A stretch of DNA of 56,710 bases from Saprospiraceae bacterium. GTDB lineage: Bacteria; Bacteroidota; Bacteroidia; Chitinophagales; Saprospiraceae. The notes beneath the pieces were generated by a model. That model was not told the DNA's origin. It was given only the letters and a program-made list of their open reading frames with translations, and searched no databases. Positions 45,736 to 53,080 of the stretch are shown in pieces. The stretch spans positions 1-56,710 of the forward strand of contig JBGCES010000055.1 of the NCBI GenBank assembly GCA_045106545.1, read 5' to 3'. The stretch's first letter is position 1; every line of letters begins with the position of its first letter. The position numbers were made by a program, and so were the translations under genes.

Positions 45736-46431
45736 TTATTTTTCTAAATGTCCAGCGAAAATTGCCCCCATAAAATCATGTGCAAGCAATAGCGTTTCGT
45801 CTTTATATAATCGTGGATCAACGATCCTTTTTTTATTTCCTTCCATTACGCTCTCATTCTGATTGAGCATTTTCTGCAATGTTCGACTCACTTTAAAAAA
45901 TCGCCCCACATCATTAATTTTTGGTACATCCATACTCCCTAATCTTTGCAATGCACCTTGGAATAAATCGGCAGAATAAATGGAATAGTTTTCAGGATAG
46001 CGAAATGCTAAGTAAATCGATACCAAGTAATAATCCCCATGATAATGATTATTATCAATTTTCAAAGGATTCTCTTCTTTGTACTGCTCCAAAAATTGGT
46101 CACAATAAAAAACAAACCGATCTACTCGTCCTTCTATATCTTTATTTTCATCAAATAAATCTGTAAAGGCATGACGCACATATTCAGGTTCCATCTTAAT
46201 AAACTTCTTCATCATCGCCTTTGGATCGTAATTGTCCCGTTTCCATAAGCGCCGCGTCGTCGAATTTTGCAAACTCGCATCGTACATCTCTACAAAATCG
46301 GGCGCGGCTAAGTTCCAGTTTTGCTGAAATATCGCCTGCGATTCCCATTTGTATAAATTGCTATCGGAAGAACGCGTACCGAGAAATTTAGCGTAGCGAT
46401 CAATATATTCCCTAACTTTTTTTAATTGCAT
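45736..46431 (-). CDS. Hypothetical protein
   Basis: 231-aa ORF with no signal peptide. The LYKWESQAIFQQNW segment resembles N-terminal modules I have seen fused to McrB-like AAA proteins, from memory only. Confidence 0.7.
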   Translation of the reverse strand: MQLKKVREYIDRYAKFLGTRSSDSNLYKWESQAIFQQNWNLAAPDFVEMYDASLQNSTTRRLWKRDNYDPKAMMKKFIKMEPEYVRHAFTDLFDENKDIEGRVDRFVFYCDQFLEQYKEENPLKIDNNHYHGDYYLVSIYLAFRYPENYSIYSADLFQGALQRLGSMDVPKINDVGRFFKVSRTLQKMLNQNESVMEGNKKRIVDPRLYKDETLLLAHDFMGAIFAGHLEK

Positions 46432-46438
46432 TTTTTAA

Positions 46439-46533
46439 TGTGTAATGTGTAATGGATAATGAGTAATTACATGGCGAGCGCGCTATTCTTCTTGTTAGAG
46501 CAGCATTACACATTACTCATTATCCATTACACG
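46439..46533. repeat. Palindromic element made of two inverted heptamer arrays
   Basis: The left arm is TGTGTAA TGTGTAA TGGATAA TGAGTAA (46439-46466). The right arm is TTACACA TTACTCA TTATCCA TTACACG (46506-46533). The 21-bp cores 46447-46467 and 46512-46532 are perfect inverted repeats. Confidence 0.75.
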
Positions 46534-47994
46534 TTAGTTACAAAATGTGGTCATTACCTTCTCCATTTTGCGACGCATCGCTCCACCCGAACCACTAAAA
46601 TTATTTGCAATAATACAAAAAGCTAATTGTTGTCCAGCTTTCGTCGTTGCATAACCAGTAAAACTGCGTACGCGCTTAATCGTTCCTGATTTCGCGCGAA
46701 TATTACCCGCTGCAGCAGTGCCGCGAAACATATTTTTCAACGAACCACTTTCGCTGCCCACGGGTAGCGAGTTGTATAAATCGGTGTAAATGCCACTATC
46801 GCGGGCTGCCAATTGCAATATTTTCGCCAATTGGAAAGTCGTAATCACATTGGTACGCGATAAGCCGCTACCGTCATCCAAATACAACCCATCGGTATTT
46901 AAACCACGTTGTTCCCAGAAGTCCAGCATAATTTCCAATCCTTTTTCTGTACTCCCCTCCCCTCCTTTCACCGCACCAATCGTTTTTAGCATGGCTTCGC
47001 AATACAGATTGACACTTTTGATATTGGTACGTTTAATGATGTCTTTTAGTTCGGGAGAATAGTGAGTAAATAACTTCGTACGATTTGTATTGACGGATTC
47101 GCCATTTTGTTGTAATTCGCGAACAGTCGTGTAAGAATTGCTGACGGCTATACCGTTTTGCTGCAACGTTTGTTGTAGGTGATAAGCCCCAAATTTAGCA
47201 GGATCGGGCATTGAACCTTTAATGTCAAATAGACCACTACCAACAGGAATCGTACCGCGTACGTAGCGTAAATTGCTATACGGCGTTCCATAAATGTAGG
47301 CATTATCGCCCGTGCGTGCGCCCGCCGAAGTGACTTCGCTGATGATTTCTAAATCGGGTACTTCAGGTGAAGTGGAAGCGACTTTGACCGTCTGACCCAG
47401 CCGTTGATTTTGTTGAAAATTTAAATAATATAAATTCTCATGTACATTCAGCCCTGCCGCGCCAATACCGTAATAATTGCCCATATCGTTCCATTGCCAA
47501 GTGCCAGGGGTGATTTGCGTAGCAAAATAAGAGGCGTCGCCGATAATTTTCCCATTGATTTGCTTTACTGATGCGGCATTGAGACATTCCACTAACTCCT
47601 GCATGGTCGCCGCCAAATCAGTTGTTTCCTCTAACTGATCGGAAGCAAAAGTCGGGTCGCCGTAACCTTCGAGGTATAAATTACCATTTAAGACACCATT
47701 GGAAATCGTCCCGTCGTGTTGTAATTCGGTTTTAAACCGATACGTTCCACCCAAATTGGCTAATGCTGTTGCGGTGGTCATTGCTTTTAAGGCGGAAGCG
47801 GGAATTAAACTTTGATTCGGTTGATGACTCGCTACGATTTGTCCTGAGTTGACATCAATGACACATACGCCTACGCTGGCGTTTTTTACACTTTCGCCTT
47901 TTGCGAAGGTGTTAATGGCGCTTTGAATGCGGCTTTGCGCAAAGAGCGAACTACTCAAAGTTGATAAAAAAAGTAAGAAAAGAAAATGGCGCAT
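46534..47994 (-). CDS. dacB: D-alanyl-D-alanine carboxypeptidase/endopeptidase (PBP4, S13 family)
   Basis: 486-aa ORF with a signal peptide, an SxxK motif (PASALKAMT) and a KTG-like KSGT near the C-terminus. Confidence 0.9.
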   Translation of the reverse strand: MRHFLFLLFLSTLSSSLFAQSRIQSAINTFAKGESVKNASVGVCVIDVNSGQIVASHQPNQSLIPASALKAMTTATALANLGGTYRFKTELQHDGTISNGVLNGNLYLEGYGDPTFASDQLEETTDLAATMQELVECLNAASVKQINGKIIGDASYFATQITPGTWQWNDMGNYYGIGAAGLNVHENLYYLNFQQNQRLGQTVKVASTSPEVPDLEIISEVTSAGARTGDNAYIYGTPYSNLRYVRGTIPVGSGLFDIKGSMPDPAKFGAYHLQQTLQQNGIAVSNSYTTVRELQQNGESVNTNRTKLFTHYSPELKDIIKRTNIKSVNLYCEAMLKTIGAVKGGEGSTEKGLEIMLDFWEQRGLNTDGLYLDDGSGLSRTNVITTFQLAKILQLAARDSGIYTDLYNSLPVGSESGSLKNMFRGTAAAGNIRAKSGTIKRVRSFTGYATTKAGQQLAFCIIANNFSGSGGAMRRKMEKVMTTFCN

Positions 47995-48046
47995 GGTCGA
48001 CGGTTTTAATGAAACGAATGCGCCGAAACTAAGAAAAGGAAAGCGA

Positions 48047-48091
48047 TTTTAAAAACAAAAACGGAGTAGATATTATAAAATACCTACTCCG
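48047..48091 (-). terminator. Intrinsic terminator after the giant T9SS protein gene
   Basis: The minus strand reads CGGAGTAG-loop-CTACTCCG followed by TTTTTGTTTTT. Confidence 0.7.
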
Positions 48092-48130
48092 CTGATGTGA
48101 AATATTGGAGTTAAACAATGCCGTCTTCGT

Positions 48131-51100
48131 TTACTTCTGAATCATCAGTTTTTTCGTAATTACCTCCCCATCAGCACGTTGCAATTGCACAAAATAACTA
48201 CCCACAGGAAGCAGGTTCACATCTAAAGCGATTTGATTGCGCCCCACTTGCCCAGTAGTCGTTTGTTGTAGAATCGTCTTACCCGTCAGGTCGATAATTC
48301 GGACTTGCAAATCGGTAGAAGTAGCGACTTCATAGTCAATGAAAAATTCGCTTTGCGCTGGATTGGGATACAGATTAGTGATCGCAAATGCTGCTGCTGT
48401 TTTTCTTTCTAATAAAATGATATTAGAAAATTGCTCGCTGCCGTCCGTATTTTGAATGCGTAGGCGGTAGTACGCGCGTTGTAGCGGACTGGTATCAGTA
48501 AATTCGTAGCGGCTGTTTTGGCTGCTTTGGTTAGCAGCTACTTTGCCGATTTCAGTGAAGTCTGTTCCGTCAGTGGAACGTTCGATGTGATGCGCAAGGG
48601 TGTTAATTTCTTCGCTGACTTGCCAAGTAAGGAGGTTGATTTTGGAAAGCGTTTCACCCTCGAATGAAAGTAAATTAAGCGGTAAGCTATTAGTAGCGCA
48701 GTTGCCATTTGCTGCGTGATTGACTGGTGCGCCCAAATTCCAGTTGGAACTTGTACCCGTTTTAGCAAAACCAGTTGGCGTTGCATGAACGTTTCTCCCT
48801 GAATAATCAGTAATACTTGAAATGGCAGTATTATTAGCGGCGGGTTGTCCCTCGTTCATTGGGTAGTAAACGACCGTTCCATTCAAAGTAGGATCGAGTT
48901 CGGTATCAGCATTATTGAGGAGTTCTTGTACAGTTCGCGGATTGTCCCAAATTCTTACTTCATCAATTTTTCCAGTAAATCCAGTATTGATAAAGGCATT
49001 CATTTTACCAATATTGAGGTCTGCTCCAGGAGGAACGGAAAATTGGGTGAAGTAATCAAAAACTAATGCTCCATCGCGGTATAATTTCGCTGTGCCAGCA
49101 AGATTGTCATAAACCAAGGCTACGTGTTGCCATTGGTTAAGGTTGGCAGCTCCTGCATAATAATTATTGTCTCCACATCCTACGGCAAATTGATCCCCAT
49201 ACATGTATAAACCACGCCCAGAAAAGTTACCAGTAGTCGTAAAAATAGTCTGCCAACGTACCTCATTAGACGTAGGATAAACCCAAGCCTCCCAAGTCGT
49301 GATGGGATAGACATTGTGATCTACTTTTTCGGGGCTAATGATGATATCATCTACGCCATCAAAATCCAGACCTGCTTGAGGTGTCTGCGGACAAGCATCA
49401 AGCACATCAATTACACCATCATTGTCCGTATCGTCCGCGAATCCATCGCCGTCCAAATCATCAAAATAAACGGAAACACTTACACTTGAAATTTGATCGG
49501 CATCACAAGGAGAAATCAAATTCAAAATCACATTTTCATACGCATAAGGTGGGTTGGTATCATCTGGATCTTGTCGCAGAGAGAAAATCGGTTTATTACC
49601 TTGAATATCAAAACAACTATTGCCCCCCCAATTAAAATTCGTCACGCCACTTTCTACGTTAGGTGGATAATCAATCGTTTCGTCATTGATATTTTTTCCA
49701 CCAACAATTATGATGGCGTTATTCAGATTTGTTCCACCTGCCATGCTCAGTTCATATTCGCGGTCGAAGTTACTTTCATTACAAATATTTAGCGGGAAAG
49801 TGACAGTGCTACCTGGAACAGCGTGGATAACGACATTTTGTTGTTCGACTCCATTGATCAAACCACGCACTTTAGGCTGGTCTTTTTTAATACCGCCTTC
49901 GTAAGGGCAGCTCGTTTCAGAACTTTCGCGTAGCTTAAAATAGGGCGTACCAAAAACTGGGTCTTCATAAATATCTACATTTATTTTATCCCCTTCTCCA
50001 TCGCTAATCGAATAGCTAATGGTTTTAGTCGTGGTACTACCTGTAACCGTATTTCCACCAAAAGAAGATTCCAATCTTACTTTATGATACACAGAACCAC
50101 CAGAACCACCTACTTCAGCACCTACTTCGCGGGTTATTTCGCCATTTAAAAAAGCTTCAAATTCGATAGTTTCCATCTGGGAAAAACTGGTTTCTTTACT
50201 ATCTGTTTCCGCTACTCCGCCGTTATAAGACTTGTAGCCAATGGCGGTACTGCTACCACTTTTGATTGCGGCATTGATGTTTAACACCTTCTCCCACACT
50301 TGCTTTTGGGCTTCAGCTTTCGCTTTTTCTTCCGTATCCTCAGTAATGCCAGCAATCACTCCTTCCAAGCGTTCTACATCTTCGATTATTTTAGCTTCCG
50401 TCCACGCGAAATCAGTGGACTGCCCAGCGAAAAGGGAAAAGTCAGCGGTAAAATCAACTTCACAATTATCCCGATCAAAACTCACTGTCCGTAGCGTTCC
50501 GTAGGTATATTCCATCCCTGTACCCAAGAAAACATCGCCCTTGGCTCCATCAATTTCGCTATTGTCTTCTCCTGTGCTAAACGTAGTGGTCGATTTAAAA
50601 CATAAATCCGTTGAACTACCAGCCCCTCCTTTAAGCCCTGCTTCGATGCTACCCGACATTTGCGCGTAAGCTTTATAACTAGTCGTTGCTGATACGCCCA
50701 GACTAACGCCCGTTTGTCCTTCTACACCTAATTTCACCGAACCACCTACCTCATTCTGAACACCCGCCGAAAAATTAATACCGTAAGAACGACAGGTTTC
50801 CGTAGTCGTCTCGTAAGTAGCAAAACTAGCGTCGCCAGGAGGATCATGAAGAATCATCCACGGAATTTGGGGGGTGAGCATCGAACCGTCCGCATTAATT
50901 TGAGGGACGCCATTTTTGATATAAGTATTATCGCCTTCGACTAAAAGGGGAAAGCCAATTTCGTAAACAACTTCATTCGAGGAATTCATCAACTGAATGG
51001 TCAACACATCCGCGTAATTGGTTTGAAAATTTTCTACAGCAGGATAAACATTCAAGCAGATCGCCCCACTACAAGTCGCTTTATTACCAATGTTATTAAA

Positions 51101-52774
51101 TTCAGAAGAAGGAAAAGATAGCGTACGAGAACCGTTACTCGGACTTCCGTAATAGTACCTTCCTCTGGTCACTCCACTACAACCGTTACCTTGATTGATA
51201 TAAAAAGTGAACGTATTATTAGCGGGTAAAATGATGAATTTGGAAGGATCGGAAAGCATTGCCGTGCGTTGACTAGCACTAATAGTGGTTGCGCCAAATA
51301 TCTCGGGCGTGCCGCAAGGTCTATTAGCAAATCGGGCATTGGTCAACAACTGAAATTGACAACCGCCATTAGTAAAAGTATTGGTCGTAGCAAATGGAAT
51401 CACCGTCAAATCAATCACATTACTACTTGCTACCCAATTACTTCCCGTACAATTTACGCGGATTCTACGCCGAAACTGGTAATTCGTATTTTGTCCACTA
51501 ATGGCTGGCAAGCCATCACTTGGTAAGGTATAAGTTTGTGCATTTCCATCGCTATCCGTCACAGTCGTCCAGTTGTCTAACCAACTACCGCTGCTTGTTT
51601 TGCTACGGCGTTGCCACTGAATTTCTGCATTAGAGTCAGTACTGGTAGCATCTCCGTTGGTCGCAGAATTGATTTGATAATTACTAAGATTAGTATTCGC
51701 TGCAAAAGTTCTCGGAGCATTGAAAGCAAGCGTCCCACCATTCACCGCGATATTACGATCGGTGATTTCCAACCAAAATAGTCCTGTTCGATCCGAACCC
51801 GACCCTTCAATAATAACGGCGTAATTACCCGCACACAAATCAATTGTCATCTCCGCTTTCACTCCTCCAGAGCTTCCATTAGCTCTTCCACCAATACGTG
51901 AGAAGGTATCATCTTCATAACTCCCGATGTGTATAAATGTATCAAAATCAGTAAAACCATGATCCGTACTAATCGTAACCGTACGAGCCGTACTAATATA
52001 AAATTTATACATCACGTCAGGAGAAGATCCATAAGATCCACCCGTCCAACTATCGCTATATCCCATGGTGGAATGTGCGCCCGCTGGTGGCGGAGCATTG
52101 GAATTTCGATGCGTTTTTGTTTGTGATAGCATTGTACCAAAATCTAGTGGCGTATTTTGTCCATCACCAAATCGATACCGCCAAGCCGTACGATAACGCA
52201 CCGCCGAGCCATTCCCTAGATTTTTTTGAATTACACTATACCAATTTTTATTCAGTGGAATATCGGAGGTAAAAGATGTGTTGCCCGTTACCCGCGAGAA
52301 GCTACCATCAGAAAAATCTCCGCTACAAGGGTGGAATAATTCATTAGAAGAATCAAACCGATTAATATTCCCTCCCGTACAACCGTCGTCCTCCCAGGAC
52401 GTAAAGTCGGTATCAACGTGCCAATTTAAAGTAGTGGCATCGAAATACTCAGGTTGTACGTCAGTCCGCCGCGCAATCGTCCCCATATTTGTATTATCGT
52501 TGGAACTCGTCCAGTTTCCTCTAGTGCCGCCTACATAAATTCCACCGCTATTGACATGACTAGCATTACCATCAGTGCTCTCCGCCGCCCGCAGTTGAAA
52601 CCGTGGTGTGTTAGTTCCTACCGCATCGCCTTGAGTTCCCCAATACACCCGAGTAGCTTGCACTTCCCAACCCACCTGATTACTCTCGTGTAGCAACTGA
52701 GCCAATGAAGTGTTGGGCAACAAGGAGATAATTAATAAGACAAATAGATAGTAAGTAAAGCATCTCTTTTTCAT
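48131..52774 (-). CDS. Giant secreted protein with PPC-like domain, Gly/Ser/Thr-rich central module, TSP3-like Asp repeats, LamG domain and T9SS C-terminal sorting domain
   Basis: ATG 52774 (MKKRCFTYYLFVLLIISLLPNTSLAQ). It has DDLDGDGFADDTDNDGVID calcium-type repeats and a LamG-like segment (LDFDGVDD...GKIDEVRIWD). The C-terminus (LYPNPAQSEFFIDYEV...VQLQRADGEVITKKLMIQK) is typical of a T9SS type A CTD. Confidence 0.88.
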   Translation of the reverse strand: MKKRCFTYYLFVLLIISLLPNTSLAQLLHESNQVGWEVQATRVYWGTQGDAVGTNTPRFQLRAAESTDGNASHVNSGGIYVGGTRGNWTSSNDNTNMGTIARRTDVQPEYFDATTLNWHVDTDFTSWEDDGCTGGNINRFDSSNELFHPCSGDFSDGSFSRVTGNTSFTSDIPLNKNWYSVIQKNLGNGSAVRYRTAWRYRFGDGQNTPLDFGTMLSQTKTHRNSNAPPPAGAHSTMGYSDSWTGGSYGSSPDVMYKFYISTARTVTISTDHGFTDFDTFIHIGSYEDDTFSRIGGRANGSSGGVKAEMTIDLCAGNYAVIIEGSGSDRTGLFWLEITDRNIAVNGGTLAFNAPRTFAANTNLSNYQINSATNGDATSTDSNAEIQWQRRSKTSSGSWLDNWTTVTDSDGNAQTYTLPSDGLPAISGQNTNYQFRRRIRVNCTGSNWVASSNVIDLTVIPFATTNTFTNGGCQFQLLTNARFANRPCGTPEIFGATTISASQRTAMLSDPSKFIILPANNTFTFYINQGNGCSGVTRGRYYYGSPSNGSRTLSFPSSEFNNIGNKATCSGAICLNVYPAVENFQTNYADVLTIQLMNSSNEVVYEIGFPLLVEGDNTYIKNGVPQINADGSMLTPQIPWMILHDPPGDASFATYETTTETCRSYGINFSAGVQNEVGGSVKLGVEGQTGVSLGVSATTSYKAYAQMSGSIEAGLKGGAGSSTDLCFKSTTTFSTGEDNSEIDGAKGDVFLGTGMEYTYGTLRTVSFDRDNCEVDFTADFSLFAGQSTDFAWTEAKIIEDVERLEGVIAGITEDTEEKAKAEAQKQVWEKVLNINAAIKSGSSTAIGYKSYNGGVAETDSKETSFSQMETIEFEAFLNGEITREVGAEVGGSGGSVYHKVRLESSFGGNTVTGSTTTKTISYSISDGEGDKINVDIYEDPVFGTPYFKLRESSETSCPYEGGIKKDQPKVRGLINGVEQQNVVIHAVPGSTVTFPLNICNESNFDREYELSMAGGTNLNNAIIIVGGKNINDETIDYPPNVESGVTNFNWGGNSCFDIQGNKPIFSLRQDPDDTNPPYAYENVILNLISPCDADQISSVSVSVYFDDLDGDGFADDTDNDGVIDVLDACPQTPQAGLDFDGVDDIIISPEKVDHNVYPITTWEAWVYPTSNEVRWQTIFTTTGNFSGRGLYMYGDQFAVGCGDNNYYAGAANLNQWQHVALVYDNLAGTAKLYRDGALVFDYFTQFSVPPGADLNIGKMNAFINTGFTGKIDEVRIWDNPRTVQELLNNADTELDPTLNGTVVYYPMNEGQPAANNTAISSITDYSGRNVHATPTGFAKTGTSSNWNLGAPVNHAANGNCATNSLPLNLLSFEGETLSKINLLTWQVSEEINTLAHHIERSTDGTDFTEIGKVAANQSSQNSRYEFTDTSPLQRAYYRLRIQNTDGSEQFSNIILLERKTAAAFAITNLYPNPAQSEFFIDYEVATSTDLQVRIIDLTGKTILQQTTTGQVGRNQIALDVNLLPVGSYFVQLQRADGEVITKKLMIQK

Positions 52775-52953
52775 AATTAGTAATTTTTTGGTATTAAACA
52801 ATAAGCTCAAAAGCGCTCCTAGCCCTTGGGGATACAGCTAGAGCAAATAATCTGTCTTTTAAGAAGTCGTTGTGTTTAGGTATTAGGTAGGAAAAGTTGT
52901 GCGTACTCGTTTTCTTATAGTCCAAAGTTATGGGTAGGAGAGAAAAATCACTC

Positions 52954-53020
52954 GCACATATTTTACAAATAGCAGGACAAATCTTACAAACAGCAGTAAA
53001 ATGGTAGCACATATCTTGCA
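52954..53020. promoter_or_regulatory. Direct-repeat cluster upstream of the giant protein gene (candidate operator)
   Basis: GCACATATTTTACA (52954-52967) and GCACATATCTTGCA (53007-53020) are 53 bp apart. TTACAAATAGCAG (52963-52975) and TTACAAACAGCAG (52984-52996) are 21 bp apart. The cluster sits between the hybrid regulator stop and the giant gene start. Confidence 0.3.
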
Positions 53021-53080
53021 CTCATTGCAACATAAGTGCTAATTGACTGACTATCAACAATTTAAAAAAGGACATTTTTA

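Noticed and set aside
52794-53021. A 75-aa Cys-rich ORF (…AVCKICPAICKICAS…) upstream of and overlapping the giant gene start, considered as a possible small Cys-rich peptide.
   Set aside because: The repeated CKIC motif is simply the translation of the DNA direct repeats (TTACAAAYAGCAG). The ORF overlaps the track start of the giant gene and has no convincing start context. It is better explained as a regulatory repeat region.
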